A DNA stretch of 64,000 bases from Nannocystales bacterium (GTDB taxonomy: Bacteria > Myxococcota_A > Polyangia > Nannocystales > Nannocystaceae). The stretch is taken from the NCBI GenBank assembly GCA_050633305.1, contig JBOEGF010000010.1, positions 160,001 through 224,000 on the forward strand. The letters run 5' to 3'. The translations under genes and the position numbers were made by a program. Positions 46,764 through 56,416 of the stretch are shown piece after piece; the stretch's first letter is position 1; each line of letters starts with the position of its first letter. The notes under the pieces were generated by a model that was not told where the DNA came from, ran no database searches, and was given only the letters and a program-made list of their open reading frames with translations.

Positions 46764-46792
46764 GAGATAGCGCCGGGCCCTGGGGGTGTCAA
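46764..46792 (-). promoter_or_regulatory. Sigma70-like promoter for the EF-G leader
   Basis: TTGACA (46792-46787), 17-nt spacer, TATCTC (46769-46764); the -10 box is imperfect. Confidence 0.5.
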
Positions 46793-47418
46793 GGGCCCGG
46801 CCGCTGGGTGTTGCCCGGAGCGGAGAGCGTTTCCGCCAGCTTTCGGTACGCGCGATGGGCCCGGACCCGAAGGCTGACCGTGGGCATCGACAACTCATCT
46901 GCGATGCGGCACAGGGGTTCGCCCTGAAGCTTGTGACGGCGAATCACCTCCCGCGAGTTCGGCGGTAGTGCATCGACCGCGTGCCGGACCGATGCTCGTA
47001 GTTCGGCGAGGTCCTCGTCATCGCAGAGTCGCTCTTCGGGCGTCCTCGGTGCGGCGGGGCGCCCAAAACCCTCGGTGGCATCCTGCTGACAGATCGTCTG
47101 GAATCGGGCCTCGCGTCGGTATTCGCTGCGAAAGTGGTCGAGCATGGCCCGCCGCGCCGAGGTGAGGAACCACCGCTCCACGGTTCCTGCTTCACCGCTC
47201 CACCTGTGGTCGTACCGTTGTTTGGAGACGTGTACGCGCAGCAGGGTTTGTTGCATGAGGTCGTCCACCACCTCCGGGGCACGCACCCGCCGCTGCAGGT
47301 ACTTTCGGATCCGCGGGCCGAGCCGACGCAGCAAGGTGTCGAACGCTCGCATGTCCCCTCCGACGTACCGGAGCATCAGAGCGTGCATCGGATCCAGTTG
47401 AAGCGCTGCTATCGCCAT
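46789..47418 (-). CDS. ECF RNA polymerase sigma-70 factor
   Basis: LMLRYVGGD..AF, VVDDLMQQTLLRVH, RWFLTSARR..LD, IADELSM....LRVRAHRAY. Confidence 0.88.
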   Translation of the reverse strand: MAIAALQLDPMHALMLRYVGGDMRAFDTLLRRLGPRIRKYLQRRVRAPEVVDDLMQQTLLRVHVSKQRYDHRWSGEAGTVERWFLTSARRAMLDHFRSEYRREARFQTICQQDATEGFGRPAAPRTPEERLCDDEDLAELRASVRHAVDALPPNSREVIRRHKLQGEPLCRIADELSMPTVSLRVRAHRAYRKLAETLSAPGNTQRPGP

Positions 47419-48368
47419 CGTCCCTCTTCATCCAGTCCGATCGGCCAGTACGGGAGACAGCTGATGGCCTCCAGCCATCCAACGTGTTTCCCATCGTTCA
47501 GCCATGTCAGGAGCAGCGACTCCGGAGGGACGCGGCTCGGCACGTCCATGTGGGCGTTGAGCAGTACGCACCGGGTCCAATAGTGATGAATCGTCCACTG
47601 CAACTCGGGACAGGCGGCTGGGCCCGCAAAGTACTCGTCGAACGCGAAGGCTGCAGCATGCGCGGGCTTCACCCCTCGGTGCGCCATCGTGGTCTCGATG
47701 ATGCCGCCCCACCACGTTTCGGCGATCGACAGCGCGGCTTCGAGGTGGCGTTCGTACGCGAGGAACAAGCTGCGGTACTCGCTGCGCGCGTCCGCCATGG
47801 CGGTGAGGTTTGTCCCAACGGTAGGGAGGGAAGGCATCAGATGGGACGCCCCTGTGAGTCGGGAGATGCCGTGGCCTGTGGGGTGCAGGAGTTGGAAACG
47901 AAAGGTCCGAGGCGGCTGTGGCGCGCAGCTCGGTTGCGTGGAGAGGTTGGGCGGCGGTCGCTCGTTGGGGAAGAGGAGCAGCTCGTCCACGAGGACCGCG
48001 AGATCGGGCTCGACACCTCGCAAGTGCTCGACGAGGCGGCGCTTCGCGTCCCGGTGGTGTTCGTTCCCCGCGACAAGCGCGGTCACACTCGAGCGGACGG
48101 CATGCAGGACGCTGGGGTGACACGCTGGGCCCGCGGGGAGGAAAGCACGAAGCTTGTCGTCCGCCGACCCTGTACCGGGTGCAGAAGGCCGAGTCTGGAG
48201 CTGCTTCCACCATGCAAGAGCTTGGGCTCGCGCTTCGGTGAGCGCAGCGACGTGCCGCCCGAGCGACTCTTCTTGTGCCTGCATTGGATCGATCTGGTGG
48301 GTCCCGTCGGTTCTCTGTCGGGCATGCTCGATGAGCACGTGATGGCCCGCCATTCCCTTCGAGGGCAT
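47409..48368 (-). CDS. Hypothetical protein with an internally duplicated WW...AGPA domain
   Basis: Two similar segments (ALAWW...PAGPACHP and AETWW...FAGPAACP); C-terminal LPYWPIGLDEEG; overlaps the sigma start. Confidence 0.7.
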   Translation of the reverse strand: MPSKGMAGHHVLIEHARQRTDGTHQIDPMQAQEESLGRHVAALTEARAQALAWWKQLQTRPSAPGTGSADDKLRAFLPAGPACHPSVLHAVRSSVTALVAGNEHHRDAKRRLVEHLRGVEPDLAVLVDELLLFPNERPPPNLSTQPSCAPQPPRTFRFQLLHPTGHGISRLTGASHLMPSLPTVGTNLTAMADARSEYRSLFLAYERHLEAALSIAETWWGGIIETTMAHRGVKPAHAAAFAFDEYFAGPAACPELQWTIHHYWTRCVLLNAHMDVPSRVPPESLLLTWLNDGKHVGWLEAISCLPYWPIGLDEEGRWR

Positions 48369-48567
48369 GGAGCGTCAAACGGTCGCGGGTCTTGGCTGAT
48401 TGCGGCGAAGCACTTCGGGGGAAACGCGCCGCCGGGTCGAGAGAACCTCAGCCTGGAGACTCGCGAGGGTTCCGACGCCCCCGCGGACTCAATGGTTTCA
48501 TTTTGTCGAGATCACCGTGCTCGCAGTCGTCACGACACCCGCGGACTCGCCGCGTACGAGTCGTAGC

Positions 48568-49557
48568 TCACGGCTGAAGCACGAGCTTCCCCTTGGCGTG
48601 ACCAGTTGCGAGATGGGTCATGGCCATCCCCACCTGGTCGAGGGGATACTTGGTCTCGACGACCGACCGCAGTGCGCCCGCACTCAGTAGATCTGCAAGG
48701 AACTCCAAGTCCGCGCGCTTCCTTTGGGTCATGAACGCCGCCGCCCGTTGCGAGCCAAACATGAATGACACCATGGCTTTGATCATGTGTAGCAACGGTC
48801 CAAGAATGGGACGCTTGGGACCGCCAACGACGACGTAGCAGCCGCTCGGGGAGAGGCACCGTTTGATCTCCGACATCTTTCGGTTCCCCATGTTGTCGAA
48901 GATCACATCGTATGCGGACGCGGTCTCCGTGAAATCTTCGGTCGTGTAGTCGACGACGTGGTCCGCCCCGAGCGACCGAACCATCCGTGCGTTTGAAGCG
49001 CTACAGACACCGGTGACGGTTGCGCCAAGATGCTTGGCGAGTTGGACGGCGAACGTTCCGACGCCTCCGGAGGCACCGTTGACCAAGACCCGTTGGCCTG
49101 ACTGGAGCTTGCCGTGGTCTCGGAGCCCCTGGAGCGCCGCGAGTGCTGCGACGGGTACTGCTGCGGCCTCGTCGAACGGTGTGTTCGCCGGTTTACGGGC
49201 GAGACTGTCGGCCTTCGCGGCGACGAACTCGGCGTATGCACCATCGGCGCACCCGAAGACTTCATCACCCACCGCGAAGTCGGAGACCTGGGCTCCCACA
49301 GCCGTGACAACCCCTGAGACGTCGACGCCCAGACCCGTGTCTTTGGGCTTTGACCAGCCACTCCCCATTCGCGTGATGTACGGGGTGCCGGTCATTCCAT
49401 GCCAATCGTAGGGATTGACTGCCGCAGACCGGACTTCGACGAGGACCTCGTCCTCTTCGCATTCTGGGCGGTCGATCTCTGCGATCTTCAGGACCTCCGG
49501 TTGCCCATACTGCGTCCGAATTGCGGCCCGCATGCTGCGCGGCTGTGTGTTTGGCAT
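48568..49557 (-). CDS. NAD(P)-dependent medium-chain dehydrogenase/reductase (quinone oxidoreductase-like)
   Basis: AAVNPYDW, GVDVSGVV, GAYAEF, VLVNGASGGVGTFAVQLAK, GHAKGKLVL. Confidence 0.93.
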   Translation of the reverse strand: MPNTQPRSMRAAIRTQYGQPEVLKIAEIDRPECEEDEVLVEVRSAAVNPYDWHGMTGTPYITRMGSGWSKPKDTGLGVDVSGVVTAVGAQVSDFAVGDEVFGCADGAYAEFVAAKADSLARKPANTPFDEAAAVPVAALAALQGLRDHGKLQSGQRVLVNGASGGVGTFAVQLAKHLGATVTGVCSASNARMVRSLGADHVVDYTTEDFTETASAYDVIFDNMGNRKMSEIKRCLSPSGCYVVVGGPKRPILGPLLHMIKAMVSFMFGSQRAAAFMTQRKRADLEFLADLLSAGALRSVVETKYPLDQVGMAMTHLATGHAKGKLVLQP

Positions 49558-49595
49558 CTGCGTCTTTGCTCGTTTCAGAGGTGGAAAAAACAGCG

Positions 49596-49610
49596 ACGTA
49601 CGGTGTACGT
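49596..49610. promoter_or_regulatory. Palindromic operator, candidate TetR site (copy 1)
   Basis: ACGTAC-GGT-GTACGT between a TTGACA-17-TAGACC promoter (49655-49627, minus) and the MDR start codon. Confidence 0.75.
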
Positions 49611-49889
49611 TTCTGATGGCGAGGTTGGTCTATTCCGTGGATCTAGGTTTGTCAACTCCAGCTCGAGAAAACCGACGCGGTTCTGCCGCCTTCGATTCTC
49701 GCTGCCGCCGCCGTCGTCACTCCGGTCGCGGCGTCATGGCGGCGACCGGCGTGGTCCGTGGTCTCGGCAGGGGTGCGGCCCGCCGGACGACGCGTGTTCG
49801 TCTGTGACCCGCGACGCGCTTTCGCCCGGGCCGCTCCGCGCGCGCCGCAGCGCGTTACCGAAAACCGGTCGGTGCTCTAGGGGGTGTCC

Positions 49890-51518
49890 CTAGAGTTCAA
49901 GACGCACGGTGGTCTTCGACTGTCCGGCGTCGCGTTGTTCGAGGAGGACGCTCCGCGCGTTGACGGCGACGACTCGGTAGTGACCAACGGATGCACCGAG
50001 GGCGGCTTGGACCGTTGAGCCATCCCGGAGCTTGATCGTGGCTTGCCGCTGCCGTTCCTCGCCTTCGATACCGATGAGCACAAACTCCGGGTCAGGGACG
50101 GGCTCGGGTGCCATCCTGAACTCGGGAGGAATCTCGATCTCGGCGTCCGCGGTCGGCTCCGGTTCGGGTGCCGGCGTAGGTTGTGGCTCCGGCGTAGGTC
50201 GGGGCTTACCCCTCGCCGCCGGCTCAAGCTCGGGTTCGGACCCCGCGGCGACTCTGTGCTGCGGGGGTGCGCCCTCGCGCAGCATCGTGGCGCCCAGCCC
50301 AAGCCCAGTCACGGCGACCACGGCCGCACCGGCCCACATCGGGAACTTCGACCGCGTGGTGGGATATGTTGCGCGCGGTGGGAGGGGGGCGACAGGGGCA
50401 CCCGCGGATGGTGTCGGGATGTCGGCGACGCGCGTCGTCCCGGCACGCCGCTCGGGCGCGGGCACGGCGACTTCGGTGTGCTGTTCCGGGACATGCAACG
50501 GGACGGTCTGGTCGTTTCCCTCCTGGGCCGTGGGCACGCCAGCGATCTCGGACCAGGGGAGTGGCTTGTCGCCAAACAGGCCACGTACGTAGCGGGCGAG
50601 CCCGTCTTGTGTGGGGCGGAGACCGAGGTGCCTCCCGAACTTCACCAGCGCGAGCCGCAGCGCTTCGGCGCTTTGGTAGCGGTCGTCAGGATCGGCCCGC
50701 AGCGCTCGAAGGACGATCCGCTCAAGCGCGGGTGGGTATCCGCGACGACGCGACGACGGGGGCTCGATCGAGCTCGAGATCACCTGGTTGAGCACCGCGA
50801 CTTCGTTGTCGCCGGCGAAGAGGCGGGTGAGGGTCGTGGCCTCGTAGAGAAGAATGCCCAACGCGAACACATCGCTGCGGTGATCCACATGCTCGGCCCG
50901 GCACTGTTCCGGGGACATGTACGACAGCTTGCCCTTGAGCGTGCCGGCCTGGGTGACGTGCGTGCCTGCGGCCGCCTTCGCAACACCAAAGTCCACGAGC
51001 TTGACGGCCCCATCGTAGCCGACGAGTACATTGGAAGGGGAGACGTCGCGATGCACGATGTGCAGCGGCCGGCCGTCGCCGTCGGTCTGTTGGTGGGTGT
51101 GGTGGAGGCCGGACGAAATCCCGAGTGCGATGCTCAGGACCTGGGGGAGCGGGATGTTCTCGCCTCTGGACTGGGCGGCATCGAGTACGGCACGGAGGGT
51201 CTCCCCGTGGACGTACTCCATGGTGAAGAAATCCTCGGCTTCCCCAATGGCGATCGCGCGGACGATGTTGTGGTGTTGCAGCGCGAGGGCGAGGTGGGCC
51301 TCATCGCGAAACATGCGGACGAACTCCGGATCTGCCGCAAGGTGGGGCAGGATCTTCTTGAGTACGACCACGGGGCTCGGCGCATCGCCGCCTGCTCGGG
51401 CACGCGCGAGGAAGAGCTCGGCCATTCCTCCGGTCGCGAGTCGACCCAGCACCTCGTAGCTCGTGCCCGACACGTCGGCGAGCGTTCGCAACGAGTGCGG
51501 CTGAACCTGGGGAACCAC
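49890..51518 (-). CDS. Ser/Thr protein kinase with TM, Pro-rich linker and small C-terminal beta domain
   Basis: LATGGMAELF, VVLKKILP, HRDVSPSN, DFGVAK, GKLSYMSPEQ; TM WAGAAVVAVTGLGLG. Confidence 0.94.
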   Translation of the reverse strand: MVPQVQPHSLRTLADVSGTSYEVLGRLATGGMAELFLARARAGGDAPSPVVVLKKILPHLAADPEFVRMFRDEAHLALALQHHNIVRAIAIGEAEDFFTMEYVHGETLRAVLDAAQSRGENIPLPQVLSIALGISSGLHHTHQQTDGDGRPLHIVHRDVSPSNVLVGYDGAVKLVDFGVAKAAAGTHVTQAGTLKGKLSYMSPEQCRAEHVDHRSDVFALGILLYEATTLTRLFAGDNEVAVLNQVISSSIEPPSSRRRGYPPALERIVLRALRADPDDRYQSAEALRLALVKFGRHLGLRPTQDGLARYVRGLFGDKPLPWSEIAGVPTAQEGNDQTVPLHVPEQHTEVAVPAPERRAGTTRVADIPTPSAGAPVAPLPPRATYPTTRSKFPMWAGAAVVAVTGLGLGATMLREGAPPQHRVAAGSEPELEPAARGKPRPTPEPQPTPAPEPEPTADAEIEIPPEFRMAPEPVPDPEFVLIGIEGEERQRQATIKLRDGSTVQAALGASVGHYRVVAVNARSVLLEQRDAGQSKTTVRLEL

Positions 51519-51669
51519 GGGTCGGTGATCCTAGCCCGCGCTCTTGCGGCTCAGCAACGCGGGAGGCTTGCTGGCACGGGAGTGGAGTCACAGCATTGGT
51601 GTGGCTGGAGCGGAGCCGAGCGACTTTATCCGGGGGGGCGTGCCCCCGGCGGTCGGTTCCGGGGCTGGA

Positions 51670-52674
51670 CTACCGCACTGGCTCACAGGCCGATGCATAG
51701 CGATCCACGAACTTGCCGAACGCGTCGCACTCGAAATGATGCGCTTGTTGTCCAAGGGGAGAGGATGCCGCGAACGTCTCGAACCCGTGAAACGCCCCGC
51801 GAAACTGCGTGAACATGACCGGAATCCCGGCACGCCTCGATGCTGCGACGTACGCGAGCGTCTCATCCCGAAAGGGGTCGAGTTCGCCCACGTACGTCAC
51901 CACGGGCGGGCTGCCTGAAACGTCCGTTCTTCTCGCGGGCGCGGCGTGCAAAGGGGCGGGGCCATCGATGCCCCTGAGGTACAGCGCCCAGCACGTGGCG
52001 CTCGACTCTCGGCTCCAGCCCGGTGCTCCTTGCATCTCGCGGGCCGAGGCGCTGTCTTGGCGGTCGTCGAGCATGGGGTAGAACGGCATCTGAAACGCGA
52101 TATCGGCGTCTCCGGTCTCCGATGCTGCATGGGTCACCGCTGCCGTCAGACCACCGCCAGCGCTGTGTCCCGCCACCACGATTCGACTCGAACGTGCTCC
52201 CAGGTCGGACGCGTTGTCCCGGATCCACAGCAAGGTGTCGTAGCAGTCGTGAAAGGCCGCGGGGTAGGGCGCGAGGAGGGACTTCCGGTAGTCCGGGGCG
52301 ATGACCACACAAGGGCGCGTGGCGATGTACGCCGAAATCTTGTCCAGCGCGATCTCGGGGGTGCCGAAAGCGTATCCCCCTCCGTGCAGATACAGGACCG
52401 CCGGAAGATCGCCGTCTGTGTCTCGCGGCCTGAAGGTCCGGACTCGAATGGGTGGCCCCCCGTGCCGACTGGGGATGAAGGCCTGGCCGCAGTCGAGACC
52501 GGCGATCGAGCGGCCGACGAGGAGCCTCGCGGCACCGTGGATGAGTCTGATGCACCATGGCCTCGCGAACGCGGCTGAGACCAGACGGGCCCGGCGGAAG
52601 TACGGCTGGAGTTCGTCCGCGAGCTTGTCGCGAGCGACCCTCTTGTGGTCCTCGGCGCGTGTCGAGCTTGGCAC
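51670..52674 (-). CDS. HSL/GDXG family alpha/beta hydrolase (esterase/lipase)
   Basis: LYLHGGGY, PYPAAFHD, AGHSAGGGL, YPMLDDR, DPFRDE, FHGF. Start chosen at GTG 52674 after AGGAAGAGG; an earlier ATG (52839) is possible. Confidence 0.9.
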   Translation of the reverse strand: MPSSTRAEDHKRVARDKLADELQPYFRRARLVSAAFARPWCIRLIHGAARLLVGRSIAGLDCGQAFIPSRHGGPPIRVRTFRPRDTDGDLPAVLYLHGGGYAFGTPEIALDKISAYIATRPCVVIAPDYRKSLLAPYPAAFHDCYDTLLWIRDNASDLGARSSRIVVAGHSAGGGLTAAVTHAASETGDADIAFQMPFYPMLDDRQDSASAREMQGAPGWSRESSATCWALYLRGIDGPAPLHAAPARRTDVSGSPPVVTYVGELDPFRDETLAYVAASRRAGIPVMFTQFRGAFHGFETFAASSPLGQQAHHFECDAFGKFVDRYASACEPVR

Positions 52675-52907
52675 TGATCCTCTTCCTAGAAGGCGACGTG
52701 GTTCGTGAGTTGCTCGGTTGGCACGAGAGGGTGGAGGGGTTTGGTCATGCGTTGTCCAATCGTCGGGGTCGAGGGATGCCCGGTGCACTTGGGAGTGGAC
52801 CTCCATGAGCTTGACTGTGCCGGGTTGAACGGAAGTCATCCCCGTCGGGAGAGGCGTGCCGTCTGACGGACAAAGTCGCTGGCCCAGCGTCGGAGGTTGC
52901 GGATGCG

Positions 52908-52924
52908 AACGTACAGTGTACGTT
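52908..52924. promoter_or_regulatory. Palindromic operator, candidate TetR site (copy 2) in a divergent promoter region
   Basis: AACGTAC-AGT-GTACGTT next to TTGACG-17-TAGCGT (52926-52954, plus, towards tetR) and downstream of TCGACA-17-TAGACC (52966-52938, minus). Confidence 0.8.
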
Positions 52925-52992
52925 GTTGACGAAGCTTGGTCTATTCTCTAGCGTCGGATTTGTCGACGGGACCGGATCGAAGGGACGCTCGC

Positions 52993-53625
52993 ATGGCCTC
53001 ACGTCAGCCTCTGTCACGGTCACGAATCCTGGATGCCGCTGTGTCCTTCGCGGACGAGCACGGCGTCGAAGCGCTGACGATGCGAAAAGTTGCCGACGCC
53101 CTCGAGTACCGGGTGATGTCGCTCTACAACCACGTGACCAACAAGCAGGAGATGCTCGCCGGCATGTTGGACGTGGTGGTCGGGGAGATCGGGGACCCGC
53201 CGACCGAGGGCTCCTGGAAAGACATGCTGCAGGCGAGCGCCGCGGATGCACATCGTGTCCTTTCAAGACACAAGTGGGCGGCGGGTGAGTGGTCGAAGCG
53301 CCTTCCCGGACCGCATCGTCTTCGCTACATCGAGTCGATCCTTCGCATCCTCACCGAGGCGGAACTCGGACCTGAGGTTGTCTACCGGGGCTATCACGCG
53401 GTGACGATGCACATCGTCGGCTTCACGCTTCAGGAGGTCGGCTACGAACAGTCGCTGGGTGACGACCTCGAGGAGATGGCGGAAGCGTTCCTCAACGAGA
53501 TGGCGTCCGAGTTTCCGTACATGGCAGAACACGTTCGGGGACACCTGGACGACCATGACCATGGGGATGAGTTCGCGTTTGTCCTCGGGCTCATCCTCGA
53601 CGGACTCGACCGCGCGGCGAAGTGA
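52993..53625 (+). CDS. TetR/AcrR family transcriptional regulator with TetR-type C-terminal domain
   Basis: LSRSRILDAAV..ADEHGVEALTMRKVA..L....MSLYNHV.NK HTH; C-terminal EFAFVLGLILDGL. Confidence 0.95.
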   Translation: MASRQPLSRSRILDAAVSFADEHGVEALTMRKVADALEYRVMSLYNHVTNKQEMLAGMLDVVVGEIGDPPTEGSWKDMLQASAADAHRVLSRHKWAAGEWSKRLPGPHRLRYIESILRILTEAELGPEVVYRGYHAVTMHIVGFTLQEVGYEQSLGDDLEEMAEAFLNEMASEFPYMAEHVRGHLDDHDHGDEFAFVLGLILDGLDRAAK

Positions 53626-53682
53626 CCAGTCTCGTCCGCAAGTCCGCTGGACGCTCGCGTGGCCTTGAGCACACCGACGAGG

Positions 53683-55056
53683 CTACGAGCTCGGCGCCTC
53701 GCTGCAGACTTGGTCCAGCTCCCAGGCGACCGCACGCTCGACGGACCGGTCGTAGGACAGCGCGTAGTACAGGAATGTGGGCGCGACGGGCAGCTTGCGG
53801 ACCCGGCCGTTGAATGGGCTATAGGCTCGGGCGTGCGCGCGCATGCCTCCTGCCAGCAGGATGTCGCCCCAGCCTCTTCGGCCTTGGATGACCTCCCACA
53901 GCAGCGACCCGGCCAGTGCCATGATGGCGTCCCAGGCGGGGTCGGAGGTGGTCTCGACTCTGGCTCCGTCGCCGTCGACGGTAATGGTGAATGCGTCCAT
54001 CTCGTCGGCGAACTGCACCTCGACGACGAAGCGCAGAGGGTCCTCGACGCCGAAGCCGGGGAACTCTCGAGCGAGCGCGGGTGCGACTTCGGCAAGGACC
54101 CACCGTGCGATGTCGGGTCGGGTTGTTGTTTCCCGGTGGCGTCCTGGGTTCGCGTCCGTGAGGGCGGGCACCGACAGCGGGCGATAGTCCCTTGGGTCAT
54201 GCGTGTCCAAGACCTCGTGGACCAGGGGCTCACCGCCGGGTTTCGGGTCGAAGTTGACCTCGCCCCCTCGCAAGTCGTAGCGCGCTCCCAGCAGGGCGGG
54301 GAAGGCATCGAGGTCTGCCTCGAAGTTGGCCATGTCGCGGAGAAACCGCTGGGGACTGACGGGGTAGACGATGTTGTCGAGCCACGCGTAGGGGGCCGAG
54401 TGCTTGGCTCCGCACGCGGAGGGGACGATCGCCGACGCTCCGGTGGCGACGATCTGGGCGAGAAGGTCGGCGTAGGTCTCGAGGGGAAAGTCGATGCGTC
54501 CTCCGAGCTGCGCGGCAACCTCGTGCATCGGCTGCCAGCGAACCAACGCAAGGTCGATGCCCTTGCAGCCGACCCGTTCGGCGGCGTGGGCGGCCACCGC
54601 TCGGACGTGGTCTGGGCTGCGCAACACAGTGTCGACCTGGTTCCACACCGCACCGTCCTCGGAGGCGACGACCATCCCCCATTCATCGTTGGCCAGCGAG
54701 AGCGTTGCAGTCAGCCGCACACCCGGAAGCTCGACAACCTCGGGGGTGACGAACGACCGCACATCGCGAAAACCGAGTCGGCGAGCCGAAGAGATCACCA
54801 GCGGGTCGGGGGTGAAGAGCGGGACGTGGGGATAGTACTGCGCGAGTCGGTGCAGACTCCCGATGTCGAAATGATCTGGGTGTCGATGGGATACCAGGAC
54901 CGCGGTTGGTCGCAGTCGGTCGACATGCAGCGTGCGATGCGGCGTCGTTTGGTACACGCCGCAGTGATGGGTGTCCCCGAGGAGGGGGTCAAAGAGCAGT
55001 CGTTGCTCTGCGACCTCGCACATCCACATCGCGTGTCCGAGATGGGTCCACCGCAT
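53683..55056 (-). CDS. MBL-fold metallo-hydrolase (UlaG-like) with a probable C-terminal SCP2-like domain
   Basis: WTHLGHA, LLFDP, SHRHPDHFD; C-terminal FTITVDG...LWEVIQGRRGW.DILLAG.MR. Confidence 0.8.
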   Translation of the reverse strand: MRWTHLGHAMWMCEVAEQRLLFDPLLGDTHHCGVYQTTPHRTLHVDRLRPTAVLVSHRHPDHFDIGSLHRLAQYYPHVPLFTPDPLVISSARRLGFRDVRSFVTPEVVELPGVRLTATLSLANDEWGMVVASEDGAVWNQVDTVLRSPDHVRAVAAHAAERVGCKGIDLALVRWQPMHEVAAQLGGRIDFPLETYADLLAQIVATGASAIVPSACGAKHSAPYAWLDNIVYPVSPQRFLRDMANFEADLDAFPALLGARYDLRGGEVNFDPKPGGEPLVHEVLDTHDPRDYRPLSVPALTDANPGRHRETTTRPDIARWVLAEVAPALAREFPGFGVEDPLRFVVEVQFADEMDAFTITVDGDGARVETTSDPAWDAIMALAGSLLWEVIQGRRGWGDILLAGGMRAHARAYSPFNGRVRKLPVAPTFLYYALSYDRSVERAVAWELDQVCSEAPSS

Positions 55057-55129
55057 CGCCGCTGAGAATCTCACAAGGGCGGGCCTGTCGGGACCTGACG
55101 GAGCAGGCTGGCCGAGTCATGCTTTGTGA

Positions 55130-55732
55130 GTGTCGGTGACCCCGGATGAGGCGGCTTTTCGTGCGACGTTCGCACATGTGGTGCCGATGGACGAGTCGGC
55201 CTTGGGTGCGGGACTTGCCCAGGCCCGCGCCCGCTCCTTCGGCCGCGGTGCACAGTTGTTGCGGGCCGGTGACCGAGCCCGCGACGTGCTCATCGTGATC
55301 GAGGGGCTGCTGCGGGAGTACTACGTGCTGCCCGACGGAGCGGAACGCACCAAGTCGTTCGTGGTCGAGCATCAGGCCGCCGGCTCGTTGCCCGACTTGA
55401 TCTCCGGCGAGCCGTCGCGAGCCTACATCGTGGCCGAGGCCACGACTCGCGTCCTTGTCTTCGAGTTCGCAGCCCTGCGAGCGCTTCAGGAGCCACACCC
55501 GAGCTGGGCTCGACTCGAGATGGAGATGACCCGGCGGTTGCTGCTGACGAAGACCGAGCGGGAGTACGAGTTGTTGGGTCTGGATGCCGAGGCCCGCTAC
55601 GACGTCTTTCGGTCCAGGTTCCCTGGTGTCGAAGAACGCGTGGCGGCCCGGCATGTCGCGTCGTACGTCGGCATCACTCCCGTGCACCTGTCGCGGCTTC
55701 GCCGAACCCGACGTGCGCGAGCCAGCCGATGA
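55130..55732 (+). CDS. Crp/Fnr family cNMP-binding regulator
   Basis: GLLREYY...DGAERTKSF, AEARY, VASYVGITPVHLSRLR. Confidence 0.9.
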   Translation: MSVTPDEAAFRATFAHVVPMDESALGAGLAQARARSFGRGAQLLRAGDRARDVLIVIEGLLREYYVLPDGAERTKSFVVEHQAAGSLPDLISGEPSRAYIVAEATTRVLVFEFAALRALQEPHPSWARLEMEMTRRLLLTKTEREYELLGLDAEARYDVFRSRFPGVEERVAARHVASYVGITPVHLSRLRRTRRARASR

Positions 55733-56357
55733 CCGCGAAGCCCGTTACGAACGACCCGTAGCGTGCCCAGGTCAGAACCGCGCCCCACGTTGCGTCATCG
55801 ACGGCCCAAGCCAGCGCTCCGATCGGTAGCTGCGCAAAGAGCAGCGACATTCGAAAGACGTCACGCACTGGGCCCCCGGCCCGGGGCAGCAGGACGCCGA
55901 TCCCCACGAAGGCGGTGTGCCCAAGCATCCACTTCAGCTGACTGAGCTCGCTGCGGCGCAGAATCTCGTCGGCGGGGATGGCTTGCCCAGCGTTAGCCCA
56001 TCGCAACAACGCGAGGAGATGATGGTTCTCCGCGAGATCGAGTACGGCTGCTGCGACGCCGAGCCCCGCGACCAGCCAGTGCAGGGGGGTCATGCGGGCC
56101 GGCGCGAGCTGCATCACCAGCAGGACGGTGGTCGTGACGTACGCTGCGACAAAGAGGTCATCGATTGCGATGAGCGTGCGAAGCCAGAACGACGCGTTCA
56201 CCAAGGCCTGCGCGTAGACGTCCGGCGCACGGACGAGTTCGAACGACTGTTGGCTGACGCCCGTTGTCGCCGTGACGGAGCAGAGGATGATGAGGAGGGC
56301 CGCGGCGAGACCAGCGGCGGCACGGAGTTCGCGTTGCATCGAGGTAGTCGGCGTCAT
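55674..56357 (-). CDS. Multi-pass membrane protein, function unknown
   Basis: About six hydrophobic helices; IDDLF and LDLAENH motifs; 3' end overlaps the convergent Crp-family gene by 59 bp. Confidence 0.75.
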   Translation of the reverse strand: MTPTTSMQRELRAAAGLAAALLIILCSVTATTGVSQQSFELVRAPDVYAQALVNASFWLRTLIAIDDLFVAAYVTTTVLLVMQLAPARMTPLHWLVAGLGVAAAVLDLAENHHLLALLRWANAGQAIPADEILRRSELSQLKWMLGHTAFVGIGVLLPRAGGPVRDVFRMSLLFAQLPIGALAWAVDDATWGAVLTWARYGSFVTGFAVIGWLAHVGFGEAATGARE

Positions 56358-56416
56358 CTCGGGGCGGCACGCAGCAACATGGGTTTAGGACGTGGGGGGC
56401 TCTGGCGTAGACTCCG

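Noticed and set aside
29487..55065. Long antisense ORFs (e.g. 29487..30767, 30816..31988, 32360..33805, 50043..51812, 53659..55065)
   Set aside because: Typical stop-poor shadow frames in high-GC DNA, lying opposite genes with clear motifs.
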